This document shows positions 39,397-51,075 of a stretch of 64,000 nucleotides of DNA, in pieces. The stretch spans positions 1,791,031 to 1,855,030 of the forward strand of contig MU053934.1 in the NCBI GenBank assembly GCA_013239625.1. The letters run 5' to 3'. The position numbers were made by a program, and so were the translations under genes. Position 1 is the first letter of the stretch. Every line of letters begins with the position of its first letter. The notes under the pieces were generated by a model, which searched no databases, had not been told where the DNA came from, and worked only from the letters and a program-made list of their open reading frames with translations. The stretch is from Lama guanicoe. Lineage: Eukaryota.

Positions 39397-39447
39397 GGAA
39401 AGTGAAAGTACAGCCATTTCCCAATAAGCCCTGCGGGCTTCCTGGAA
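39397..39447 (+). promoter_or_regulatory. APOL6: Interferon-responsive APOL6 promoter module (IRF-E/ISRE plus GAS)
   Basis: GGAAAGTGAAAGT (39397-39409) and TTCCTGGAA (39439-39447) just upstream of the predicted exon 1. Confidence 0.75.
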
Positions 39448-39449
39448 GC

Positions 39450-39620
39450 ACTGCCTTGGCCCTTGGCACTTCTCTGCCTGCCTCATTTAACCTGGACCCA
39501 GCTTTGCAACCAGGGCCTTTCCTGGGTGAGCAGAACCAGCTGGAGACTCTGCACTTCGTGTTGGGCCTCCTGCAGCCCAGACGCTCACGAGCCCCCGCTG
39601 GACCAAAAGCCCCCGGAGAG
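39450..39620 (+). other. APOL6: Predicted non-coding exon 1 of APOL6 (start approximate)
   Basis: Follows the IRF/GAS module; consensus donor GAG|GTGAGC at 39621. Confidence 0.5.
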
Positions 39621-40570
39621 GTGAGCACAGAGGGCCCTCTGGACCTGAGGCCGCAGTGAGAGCTCCACTGAGGAGGTGGGACAGGAGACCCGGGAGGGTG
39701 GGCTGCTTAGGGGCCTCTGCTTCTGAAGGACAATGTGCCCACGGGGTTGGCCACTGGTACTTGGTTTGGGAAAAAGAGCCGTTGTTTCAGGACCCACCGC
39801 CAGGGGTTCAAATCCCCAATTACTAACGTCAGCTTGGGTCTGAAGCTCAGCTTCTTGATAAATCAGGATAGGAATCTCCTCCTCAGGGGTCGTTTGAAGT
39901 TTAAATAAAAATCTGATTAAGAGTACAATTTGACCAACCAAGTTGCAGCTTCCCCTCCCTTGGCTGGGGACTCCAGGGCCCTAGACAGGGAGGGCCTGGC
40001 CCCCAGAAGACAGGAGATGTCATCAGGCAAGGGGTTTCCCCAGCTGTTCTCTACAGGAGTGGTTTAGGGGTGCCGTCCCTGTAGAAAAAGATGCTGGATG
40101 AGTTGTCTCAAAACTGCAACCTGCAGTGTTTCCTGGGTCGTCGGCTTATTTGCGGTGGTCTGGGGGTGGGAGTCAGGCGGAGCTGGCGATAAAGATTAAG
40201 GGCATTATGTCAAAGCCAGTTTCAGAGAAACCGGTTTTCCTCACCTCAGTGGTGTATTTGAGGCCGTTGGTCTGCAGGGGAAGTGGCTTTGGAGCACATG
40301 GTGGAGCTGAAGGCGCCCCCAACAGGCAAAGAAAGAGTCCTGAGTACAAGCTCTCCTGAAAACAACGTCTCTCATGCTCCCCGTCAATCCCACCGCGTAT
40401 ACTGCAGTCCTCTCACATCCACCGGGAGACGGTCAGCGGCGGGGGGGTGGGGGGACGGGACCTGATGCGACCGAAGGGCTGCTTTCTGTCCCTTTAGCCC
40501 TTCAACCAACAGGACTAACATAAAAAATGGGGGAGTTTTCAGAGGGCGCTGGTAGAGAGTGGGGCTCTCC

Positions 40571-40776
40571 CAGGGTTTCTGAGCCTCAGCTCCACTGACA
40601 TTTGGACTGGACCATTCTTTGCTGTGGGGGCCACGTTGTGCACTGCAGGGCATCTAAGAGCATCACCCGTCTCTACCCATTCGACGCCAGTAGCAGCGCC
40701 CTCTCCCACCTCCAAATGTCTTCAGGCTTCACCAATATCCCCTGGGGAGAAAACTGGCCTCTGATGGCGATCTACT
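40571..40776. mobile_element. MER20-like hAT-Charlie DNA transposon
   Basis: cagggtttct..cctcagc..actgacatttggactgga..attctttg.tgtggggg...tgtgcactgcagg...ctctacccattcgacgccagtagc. Confidence 0.8.
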
Positions 40777-41989
40777 GCTCTAGACCTGGCTGGAATCACA
40801 TTGAGTTCCCCCGCTTACCAAGTGCATGACATTTTCTTCCCTGAGCCTCAGTTTCCCCATCTGTAGAATGGGGATAATATCAACATCTATTTCACAGGGT
40901 CACTGAGATTTAAGAGGTTTAAAGGAGGTTGTAAAATGACTATAACTCAATCAAAAAATGTCTTAAAAAAAGGTTTAAAGGAGGTAGATGAATATCTGGC
41001 ACAAGGAAGCAAAAAAAAGTGCTTTACTTGCACTCATTTGTGTGTGCACTTAGTTCTATGCGATTTTTTGACATGTGTAGATTTGTGCAGTTGCCACTAC
41101 AATTAAGATACAAAACAGTTCCACCATAAGGATCCCCTGTGCTACCCTTTCAGAGTCGCAGCCACCTCCCTTGCCTGCTGTGATGTTGTTCATCCTTTTA
41201 GTTTCATTTTTTTCTGAGTCACTGTGTTTCTTGAACAAGATTCCTATACCTACTGCCTACTCAGCATCGCTTGGAAATCTGTCGAGTATCTCAAATGTAA
41301 CCCACCCCAAACTGAACTCTGTTCCCCACCCAGAAAACCTTCAACCCTTCCCACCCCAGTAAACGGAATCTTTGCTGTCACCGTGCCTAGGGTCCCAAAC
41401 CCCACTCAGCCCGACGTCATCCTTGACTGTGCTCTCTCTCTCCCCCCACGCCCACTGATAAATCCTGCAGATTCCTGCAAATCCAATCATTCTCATCACT
41501 TCTACCAACCTGGTCCAAGCAGCTGTCACCTCTTGCTCAGAGGACCTCAAAACCTTCCTAATTGGCTTCCCCGCTTCCTCTCTTGCAAACCTACAGTCTG
41601 TTCTCCAGCCCAAGTAATCATTTTAAAACATAAGTCAGTTCAGGGCCAATGACAGCCCATATGGTGCCTTAGGGCTTCTTAGAAAAGCCCACCCACCCCT
41701 CAGGTGGCTGTAGCTCTACAAATGGATGGCAATTTTGTACAGTCAACCAACTCAAGTGTCCCTTTTTCCAGATAGACGTAGCACCTCTCCCCACCCTAGT
41801 CCCAGGTCTCTCCACTTGGCGGATAGATTCTGAGTGGGTTTCAGACCTTACCTGTACTTTTTGCAGTTCTTATAACATTAAGATGTCCTTAGGAATGTAA
41901 TTTGTACAGAGGGGCCTTATAAATTGTTGCCTTGTCCTGTGAAGATGATCTTCCAATCATTGTAATCAATTTGTCCATGATGGTCCATG

Positions 41990-42390
41990 ATTGGAAGCAA
42001 CCCAAATATACCAATCCAATAGAAGAATGGATTAACAGGTCGTGGTGTCTTTATATAATAAAACACTACATAGCAATCATTTTTAAAACTACTGAGTGTT
42101 TTTAAAACCACAAGAACATGAGTGAATTTCACAGATATTGTATTGAGTGAAAGAAGGCAAATGACTCCATTTACATGAAGTTCAAGACAAACTAATCAAG
42201 GGCTATAGAAATCAGAAGAGCCGTAACCTCTGTGGTGGGGTACATATTGACTGGGAGGGGGTTAAGGAAATCTTTGTTCTCTTTTTTGATCTGGGTGGTG
42301 ATTGCTCAGGTGTGTAATGTCAAATTTTATTGAGCTCAGGACTTCGTTCTCTGGACTTATTTAATCTACACTTCAATATAAAATGTAAAA
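41990..42390 (+). mobile_element. Old L1 (L1MC/ME-like) 3' end
   Basis: tggaagcaacccaaat...aacatgagtgaatttcacaga...ttgatctgggtggtg...tacacttcaata. Confidence 0.7.
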
Positions 42391-42582
42391 ACAACAGTTT
42401 GCAGGTATTTAGTACATTATCTGTTTCATGATTATCTTGATTCCTCATCGTCTGGAACCCCTCCCCCACTGGAATTTCACGCGGTTCCGCGGCACCTGCG
42501 GTAAACTTGCTTCCCATGTTTCCAACCAGAAAATCCTTTGGCTCCTGGTGACACCGCTGATTCTCCCACGGACAAAACGATC

Positions 42583-42623
42583 ATGGATTTGGTGCTGCAG
42601 AGTCTGCCGGACAGCCAGGCAGG
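42583..42623 (+). CDS. APOL6: APOL6 exon 2 coding part (predicted, using donor at 42624)
   Basis: ATCATGG start; MDLVLQSLPDSQAG; donor AGG|GTAAGA in phase 2, in frame with exon 3. 42607-42656 reads PDSQAG*ERKVGVGSR(R), colinear with human MDNQAERESEAGVGLQR as recalled. Candidate acceptor TTTCCAACCAG| at 42528-42529. Confidence 0.62.
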
Positions 42624-42805
42624 GTAAGAACGCAAAGTTGGTGTTGGTTCGCGAAGGTAACCTAGAGAGCTTTTTCCCTGGGGAAAGGGCCACTTCCGCA
42701 GAAATACTCTAGGATCCTCACGACATGCGACAAACGTTCCAGGGGTATTAGCTGGAAAGTGCGCCCTGTCTTCCCACTGGTCACCATCACACGTAAGAGG
42801 ATATG

Positions 42806-42945
42806 AGGGACAGCATGGCTCAGTGACAGAGCGTGTGCCCAGCACGCACATGTTCTTGGGTTCAATCCCCAGTACCTCCATTAAAGGTAAATAAACAAAT
42901 AAAAACCTAATTATCTCCCCCCACCAAATAAATAAATAAATAGAT
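42806..42945 (+). mobile_element. tRNA-derived SINE (Vic-1-like)
   Basis: TGGCTCAGTG A box, GGTTCAATCC B box, (AAAT)n tail, TSD GAGGATATG (42797-42805 / 42946-42954). Confidence 0.9.
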
Positions 42946-44455
42946 GAGGATATGTTCTCCTAGGGGAAAAAAAATATTCCATGGGCTACACTAAGTATTT
43001 TGGAGCGTAAGTCAAGTTCTAGTCAAGTACATGACCTTGGGCGACAGGACTCCAAGGGCAGAAATTTCCCGCTCAGGGCCTCCGCTCTGTGAAGTTCACA
43101 TATCATCAAAAAAGCCCTTTGCTGTGACCGCATGCATGAATTTAAGCCAACTTCTCCGTTCATCAGCGGATGCAGCATCACCAGCCTTAGGCTCAGTGCA
43201 GGCAATCGGTACATATTTCCTGGGTGAATTAGGCAAACTACATGTATCGGGCCTCCCAAAACCCGACTATGGTTTTCATTGCGTAGGGAGGCATCGCTGC
43301 CTAACGCAGGATGCATTTGGGTTAATTGAAAAACACAGGAAGCCAAGCTTTCATTAACCGACGCCATGTTAATGACAAAACCTAGTTAATGTACAGCGGT
43401 GTTGTCAGTCTTTGCAGCTACACATCCCTCTGAGGTTTCTCTTGGTCCCTAGGAATCTGAGGAAGCACAGAGATGGGGGGGGGGGCGGTCCTGAACTGTG
43501 GCGATTCATTAATTCATTAACGCTAACGTGTTTCTTTGGTAGTATATTTGGTTTCTAACGTTTTCCATTGAAGACTTTGCATATGTGTATGCCCGTGCAT
43601 GTGTGTTTATGTGCTGTGTGTGTAGAAAGAGTTATTAAAAGGCATGTGTATTTTGACCTCATATCAGAGGTCAGATGAGAGAAAGAGCAGAAAATACTGA
43701 GGGTCTGGAGCTCTGAGTCCCTCTTCAAAGCTCCACGTCTACCGCACACCTTCCCCTGGGTGAGGGCCTTGCCCTCTCTGGGCTTCTGTTTCCTCCACTG
43801 AGAAGTAAAGGAGGAAGCTCAGGTCTTCCCCAGGGCCCCTCCAGCTCTGATTGCCTCCTTCAGGCCAGGGACTCTGTGTTATCACCAGGCCTCCTCACTC
43901 GCCCTGAAGGACACGCACCAAGGGCCCTTGGCCTGAGAAAAGTGCCTGAAGAAGCAGGCTCTGTTCTCCCCCTGATACTGGTCTCCCAGGGAGGCCACGC
44001 TCGGCTGGGCTGGCAAAGGTCCCTCACTATTGCCCTCTTTGAGAAGCGGGGCACGAGGGCCCAGGGTCCCCTTGTCCCTGACTTCTTCCATGAAGAACCA
44101 GGTCCATCTGCTCCAGAGATCGGGTACGGCTGGCCAAGTGTCAAAGAGAACGTTCAGAACTCTCGTGCTCATTATCTCAGCCCTCAGCATGCTGTGCAAA
44201 GGCACAGCCCAGCAGCTGAGTTCAACGTCTTTGAAGTGGAGGATGCATTACACAGTGGGGCGCCTCCTCCAACTGTGCAGGTACAACTCCAACCCCCCAC
44301 CACCACCTGGGCTTCTCTTTCCTCCTGATTTTCCCAGATCTCTCCTCCCAGCGATGAGTCCCAGCTTCCTTATCTTGACTAGGATCTTAGCACTTTCTCA
44401 CTGGCCCTCCTTGGTGACAGTTCCATAGCCACTTTGAACAAGGTTGGAAAAGTCC

Positions 44456-45233
44456 ATCAGGAATGAAATTCGGTGCAGTCACCATAGAAAACAGTTTGGA
44501 GGTTCCTTAAAAAACTAAAAATAGACTTACTCTAGAATCCAGCAATCCTACTACTGGTCATATATCTGGAGAAAACTCCAATTTGAAAAGAGACATGCAC
44601 CCTGGTGTTCATGGCAGCACTATTTACAGTAGCCAAGACATGGGAGTGACCTAAATGGCATCAACAGATTAATGGATAAAAAAGATGTGGTGAAAAAGTA
44701 TATGTATGTGTATATATATGTATGTGTGTGTGTATGTATGTATGTACATATCTACACATAGTGGAATACAACTCAGTCATAAAAAAGAATGAACTAATGC
44801 CATTTGCAGCAACATGGATGGACCTAGAGATTATCATACTAAGCGAAGTAAGTCAGAGAGAGAAAGACAAATACCATATGACATCACTTATATGTGGAAT
44901 CTAAAAAAATGACACAAATGAACTTATTGACAAAATACAAAGAGACTCACAGACATAGAAAACAAACTTATGGTTACCAAGGGGGAAAGGGCAGGGGGAA
45001 GGAATAAATTAGGAGTTTGGGATTAGCAGATACAAACTACTATATACAGAATAGATAAACAACAAGGCCCTACTGTACAGCTCAGGGAGCTGTATTCAAT
45101 AGCTTATAATAACCTATAATGAAAAAGAATATATATATAACTGAATCACTATGCTGTCCACCAGAAACCAACACAACATTACAAATCAACTATACATCAA
45201 TAAAAATTTTTTTTAAAAGAAGGGAAAAAAAGA
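44456..45233 (+). mobile_element. 5'-truncated L1 (cetartiodactyl type) in APOL6 intron 2
   Basis: ORF2 C-terminal remnant (..MPFAATWMDLEIIILSEVSQREKDKYHMTSLICGI), 3' UTR, AATAAA 45199-45204, A tail, TSD AAAAGTCC (44448-44455 / 45234-45241). Confidence 0.92.
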
Positions 45234-45525
45234 AAAAGTCCCTCCACACAAACCCACCTCCTCCATCTCTGGCCAAGGTGTTTCTCCCATTTGTCCCTCC
45301 AGAAGCCTCTCTTATGTGTTTCTTTTCTTCATGAAGCCAGCAGCTCCCAGCAATGCTCTGGGGCTTTTCATAGTAAGGCCAGAGGTAACGGAGGCGTCAG
45401 GGAGATGCTGGGAGACTCTAAATTCTGTGGCGGCAGCAACATCGAGAAACCACGTGGGTCTGACTAGGCATCTGGCTTTCGCATCTGGGAGACTGAAGCA
45501 CCATCTTTATTTCACACATCCACAG

Positions 45526-46342
45526 GAGTAGGGCTGACATTCCTCCATGTGAAGATGGGGAACAAGATCTGTCAGCTGAAGACAGAATGTTTCTGGAAGG
45601 GTTTCCCATCTTGAAAGAGGAGCTAGAGGTGGACATCGGCAAGCTCCGTGCCCTGGCAGACAACGCTGACACCACCCACAGAACATCTGCCAAGATCAGA
45701 ATTGTGGCCAACTCCATCACCGTGGTCTCAGAAGCCGTGAGCATCCTAGGCTTGGCCCTCGCTCCAGCAACAGCAGGAGGAAGCCTGCTGCTCTCTGCAG
45801 CTGGGAAAGCTTTGGGGACAGCAGGGGAGGTCACCAACATCTTGAATGATGCTTTGGAGAGCTTCCGCAACCAAGAAGCCCAAGGGAAGGTCAGTGGCCT
45901 GATGCCCACCTGTGGCCAAGATGTCAGGAAAGCTGGGACAGACTACGTCACAGATGCCAGAAAAGTGGTCCAGATTTGTGCAGGCGCCATTAAGGATATC
46001 CAGAAGGACATCCGTGCCTTTCAGACAGCCAGAGCCCACCCGCGCCTGGCCGCTGCCGCCAAGCATCTCCTGATCACTGGCCAGGTCTCAGCCCAAAAGA
46101 GCAGGCAGGTGCAAAGGGCCTTTGAAGGTACCATGCTGGTGATGAAAACAAACGCTCGCTTGCTGGGTAGTGTGAAGGCTGGCTTCTCCCTTGGCATGGA
46201 CTTGGCCTCCCTCCTGAACGACTGGCAGAGGCTGAAGGAGGGAGCAAAAACAGAGCTTGCAGAAGAGCTCAGGGCCCAGGCTTGGGAGCTGGAAAGGAGG
46301 CTGACAGAACTCACCCAGTGCTACGAGAACCTGCAGCAGAAG
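45526..46342 (+). CDS. APOL6: Apolipoprotein L6-like, main coding exon 3 (817 nt)
   Basis: Acceptor CATCCACAG| at 45524-45525; SRADIPPCEDGEQDLSAEDRMFLEGFPILKEEL...LRALADNAD (BH3-like)...ILGLALAPATAGGSLLLSAAG...ELERRLTELTQCYENLQQK; open frame; MB-APOL6 synteny as in human; donor AAG|GTGAGG at 46343. Confidence 0.93.
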
Positions 46343-46644
46343 GTGAGGCTGTGGCTCCCCAGGGCTGGTGCTGGAGGGAAGGGGAAGCCTTGCCTGGGGC
46401 TTATGGGCGCCAGGGTTGACGGGAAGGGTGCTGAGCATGGAATTTTCACAGATGTTCCCGCGGACATGGGGCATACAGTGGCCCTGAAAGTCCAAACGGT
46501 ATCAATTACATCATGAAGATAACAGTGCCAGTCCTGGACAGATCTGGTCATGCCTTCTGTTTCTCCCTCCATGTTCCTTGAGGTCCGTGTGCCCGGAAGA
46601 GGGTCTTCTCAGTCGTACAGAAGAGGCCACTGAGCCACAGGGGA

Positions 46645-47211
46645 TGTCACGGAATGAAATGTGTTCCCCTAATATTTATACGTGGCAGCTCTAGGCCCCA
46701 AGGTGACTTTTTGGAGATGGGGCCTTTGGGAGGTGACTGAGGTTGAATGAGGTGGTAGCAGCAGGGCCATAATCCTATGGGACTAGTGCCCTTATAAGAG
46801 GAGGAGGAATTGTGTCCATGTTGGTTCATCGATTGTACCAAATATGCCACACTGATGAGGGATGTTGAGGGTAGGGGAGTATATATGTGTGGGTGAGGAG
46901 GGCTATGTGCCAGCTCTCTGTATTTTCTGCTCAGTTCTCTGAACCTGAAACTCCTCTAAAAAGTGAAGTCTATTAATTAAAAAAAAAAAAAAAAGAAGAG
47001 GAGGAAACACAGAGGGCTCTCTCCTCCTCTGGCTGCACAGCAGAAAGGCCATGTTAGGACAAAGCAAGAAGGCGGCCGCCTACAAGCCAGGAAAAGTCCT
47101 CACCAGGAACTGAATTGGCTGGCGCCTCGATCTGGGGCTTGCAGCATCCAGAACGAAGAGAAAGTACATTTCTGTTGTTTAAGCCCCCAGCCTGCAGTGT
47201 TCTGTTATGAC
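46645..47211 (+). mobile_element. MLT1 (MaLR) LTR with nested L1 3' fragment (~46810-46995)
   Basis: MLT1 motifs ggagatggggcctttgggaggtga...tagtgcccttataagag and aagcaagaaggcggcc...tttctgttgtttaagcc; L1 piece ends in a poly-A run and is flanked by repeated GAGGAGGAA. Confidence 0.8.
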
Positions 47212-47362
47212 AGGGAGTGTCTGTACCTTGCCAGGTGCCGGCAGGGAGAGTCAGGATGACAGCTGGGGAGCCTGACTTCCGAGTCTGGGCCTGGGTCTCC
47301 ACGCTGGGCACCCGGAAGACTTCTGGAGCTTTCCTCTGATTGGTGTTTGTGTTTATTTCCAG

Positions 47363-47506
47363 AAACTCTTGCAAGAAAAAACGCCTATGAGCTCATCTTC
47401 AGAGGGAACCATGGGAACTGTGCCTCTGCCCCAAGCCAGGCTTGAGGAAGCAGGATGCCCGGTGACAGGAGAGGACATGAAGGCAGTTGAGCCCAAGGGC
47501 CTCTGA
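47363..47506 (+). CDS. APOL6: APOL6 predicted terminal exon 4 (47 aa + stop)
   Basis: Acceptor TGTTTATTTCCAG| at 47361-47362; phase 0 in frame: KLLQEKTPMSSSSEGTMGTVPLPQARLEEAGCPVTGEDMKAVEPKGL*; AATAAA at 47511-47516. Confidence 0.7.
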   Translation, partial: KLLQEKTPMSSSSEGTMGTVPLPQARLEEAGCPVTGEDMKAVEPKGL

Positions 47507-48557
47507 GTGGAATAAAAGGGGATCAGGGTGGGGGTGGGCAACGTTGGCAGAGGAGATGTCTGGAGGCTTACCAGCTGGGAGGTCCATGAGGGGTCTGAGG
47601 GCACTACCAGTTAGTGAGTGTCACACAGTCGCCAGTGGAGGTCAGTCTCTCCCCGCCCTCCTTCCTTCACACGTGTAACTCATTCCCTTGACTTCCGCCC
47701 CCCCACTCATTCACTTGCATGTAGTCAGTCGGCTAAACACACGTGGTTCGACGCTGAGCTCTGCATTAAGCACTGACCTAAGACGGGAGGGTTGCTGGGG
47801 TGAAGGGCACATTGTGTTCTCTCTTATATCAACTCACCTTGTGTTTCCTCTGGGTGCTCCTCCTCCCCGACCTGGGCAGTAACCACTGGAGAAGATCTTG
47901 GGTTTGCACATAAAAGGATGTCACAGGAAGGGGCCCCTCTGTCCACCCCACGACACAAGTTCTTGGAGCCTCTCAGGACCCTGGAGGCTGTAGGACCGCT
48001 CCTGAACGCCCAGTTTACCCCTCTTACACATTTTTTGTTTGTTTGTTTGTTTTTATGTTTCAGCTGCTATTTTAAAAGGAGGGCGTGGACATTAAATACA
48101 ACTTCTTAAAATTCAGGAAAGTGAAAAATAGGTGGAAAAATAATGCCCCAGTCCAGGGTGACAACTGCTGGTATTTTGATGTAGAGATTTTCTTCCTGTG
48201 CTTGTCTTGCTTTGGGCATCACTGCTCGCTGGGGACCCTCCCTCAAGGAGGCACTGTAAAACATAAATTTCTTTTCTGTAACCCACTGGGTTTTCTTTCT
48301 CTTTCATTCTCAATCCCTTCATTTGACTACAGATCTATAACTTTCATTTTGCTGTGTTTACTTAGCAATGTTTTCTACCATTCCATGTTCCACTTCATTT
48401 TTTACAGATATTTTTTACGTTGCAGAATATTCTCTTGAGCCGACATACATGCTTTTAATTAGACATATATTAGTCATCACTTCTTTAAGTGGCCCAAACC
48501 TATTCAAACTGGCTTATGCAAAAGAGGAATTTATTTGCTTCCATACTTAAAGAGCTT

Positions 48558-48734
48558 GTGGGGGGTTATATAAAAATGAATATATATGTATATGTATGAC
48601 TGAAGCATTATGCTGTACACCAGAAATTGATATAACATTGTAAACTGACTATACGTCAATTTAAAAAAATACATATGTATGTATGTGTGTGTGTGTGTAT
48701 ATATATATATACACATACACATGCAAAAAAAAAA
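48558..48734 (+). mobile_element. Very short L1 3' terminal insertion
   Basis: tatgactgaagcattatgctgtacaccagaaattga...cattgtaaactgactatac, microsatellite/A tail, flanked by AAAGAGCTT / AAAAAGCTT. Confidence 0.75.
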
Positions 48735-50739
48735 GCTTAGGGAAACAGTGGGCGTCAGGTGTGTCTGGATCCTGAGGATAAAAATGATGTCATCAGGCGT
48801 CTGTCTTTGCGTTTCTCAGACACGTTTCCACCAGGTTCAGGCACTTTGGCCTCAGCATCCCCAGGTGCGCCCACTCCCAGCTGGGGGCGCCCAAGCGGAA
48901 AGGGGCGGGGCAAGAGTCCAGGGGCCCACTCTGATTGGTCAGGACTGGGTCATGTGCCTTTGCCTGCGCTGGGTGCTAGGATGGGCTACCGGAACTGCCT
49001 TCGGATCTAAGGGTTTTAAATCCTTGCGATCCCACATCGCAGCCATGTGCTTCCTGTTTTGGTTGCTCTCATTCCCTTGTTATGAGCGAAACCGTAAGTA
49101 AACAGCTTTCGCCCCTTTTAATATTTTCTCTTAGTGGGTGTGCGCATCCTCGAAGTTCCGAATAAACACGATCAGTAATAATACCTGCATGAAATACGCA
49201 GTCGCTAAACTTGGGAGGGGAGTCTGCTTGTTCTGTGAGAAGTTTGGAAGAAAAAAAAAGAAAAGAATGAATCAGAGGAGATTGGAGACTCACCTCTGAC
49301 ACTGATTTGCTTGGTCTCCTTTCTGAGTTTTGGTTTCTCCAAGCCACGAAGTAAGTGTAGCCTGAATAAAATCCAGGACCGCATCTGGGCGCAGATTTGC
49401 AGCGCCTGGCTCACCGCAGTCCTGGAGAAAATACCCTTGAGGGAAACTCGAATCTTTACTATTGCTCTGAGCCTGCATCAGAGGGGGCGGGAGAACCTTA
49501 GGTTCCCTCGGCTTCTGCTTCTCTCATTCTTAGACTCTTCTAGGAGGGGCAGAAGCTCGGAAGAGACTTTCCTCTTCCCCTGTGTCTCCGGGCCTTACTT
49601 CCTGACTCACCGCCCAAGCAGCCCTTCTCTCTCCCTCCCTGAAATGCCTTCAGCCCCCAGCTGCTTCCCTCTCCGGGTCATGTTCTGCTGGTGAACAAAT
49701 GGCTTTTCCTTGTTTTCTCTCCCCACTAGTTAAGTCTTTGTCCTCCTCCAAGAGAAGGCATCAACTCCCCGTGGTACTCAGGGCAACCCCGCCCCCACCA
49801 CTGTCCCCCTCGCCCTTCTGGGTTGAGTGGGGTTCTGCAGGGGCGCCCCTGAGGCGTTCCAGGCCCCTCCACCACGGTCGGTCGGGCATCCTGGGAAACC
49901 TATCAGTTCTGAGGTGTGATCTGTGTTTCTTAAGCGGAGGAAGACACACACATTCACATGCCCGGGTGAGAGGGGAGCCTTCTGCCAGCAGATGCCCCTC
50001 AGTGCCACAACTGACACAGTGCAAAGCTTTTCCAACGTGTTGGGCCTTCCAGAGTGGCCAGAGAATTTGTCCCGCCCATGCTCAGATCTGTGACTGCAGC
50101 AGACAGGGTTCAGCAGTCCAGCTCTTGACCCGTCCGCCCACGCCGCAGGAAAATCGGGGATCTCAGTCACTCCGCTGAACCCCAGCATCGCTGGGGAGGG
50201 GGGAGGGGGCCCGATGAGGTTTGGGAACCTCTCCGATCCAGCTCCAGATCCCTCAGCGCCTGACAAGCTGGGGGTGGCCTCCAAGGGCCTCTGTGTGTCA
50301 TTTCAGCCCGTCCAGGCCCACCCTTACCAACCATACGCTTCAGTTGGCTCTTGAATTTGTGATGAAACATGCAAGCTATTATCAGCTAGAAATCACACAA
50401 TCTCAGGTCTAAAATCTAACTTTCAACCGAAAGAAGACAGAAAGGCCATTGTGTTCTAGGCAACGTGTAATGTTACCTTCAAAGAAATAGCAGTCTGGGG
50501 GGAAGTATATTCCAAAGCAATCTGAATCCTTTCTTCGTCTCTCAAGAAGATGAAAAGGTGTGTGTTGGGGGGAACCGGGATGAAGGGAGAGATTTTTTTT
50601 TTTAATTGAAGTATAGCTGATTTACAATGTTGTGTTCGTTTCAAAAGATATTCTTAATGCATACTTATAATTGACTTAGACAAAATTGCAGTGGAAAACT
50701 AGACTTCCTCTCTCTGATGGGCAAGTTCAAGACCATGCA

Positions 50740-51075
50740 GACTAGTCCTGTTCAGTATGGGAGCCACTAGCCATGTGGCTATTGAGCACTTGAAACGTGG
50801 CAAGTCCAAATTGAGATATGCTGTACGTGTAAAATGCACACTGATTTCAAAGACTTAGTGTGAACAAATACATAAACTATCGGATTAATAATTTTAATTG
50901 ATCACATGTTGAAATGATAACATTTTAGATATTGCATGAAATAAAATATATTATCTTATTTAAAATAATAAAATAATAAATAATTCAAAATCCATTTCAC
51001 TTTTTTTTTAATGTGATGAGAGAGAATTTCTAATTACATATGTGGCTTGCACTGTGGCTCTATTGGACAGCATTG
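50740..51075. mobile_element. MER3/MER33-like hAT-Charlie DNA transposon
   Basis: agccactagccatgtggctattgagcacttgaaa.gtggc.agtccaaattgagat...ttggacagca. Confidence 0.8.

Noticed and set aside
43860..44428. Several overlapping 94-150 aa ORFs in APOL6 intron 2
   Set aside because: No recognisable protein similarity or exon structure; a BLASTX/Dfam search would be needed to exclude a pseudogene fragment.
45587..46516. 309-aa single-exon ORF as the complete APOL6 CDS
   Set aside because: Homology extends upstream to the acceptor at 45526 and fades after the donor at 46343; kept only as a possible isoform.
42583..47506. Calling APOL6 a pseudogene because of the exon 2 TAA and lost ATG
   Set aside because: Exon 3 is fully open, promoter motifs are intact and an in-frame alternative donor bypasses the stop; not fully excluded without RNA data.
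49320..49580. ISRE-like AGTTTTGGTTTCT and NF-kB/ETS-like words downstream of APOL6
   Set aside because: Imperfect matches; not distinguishable from chance without chromatin data.
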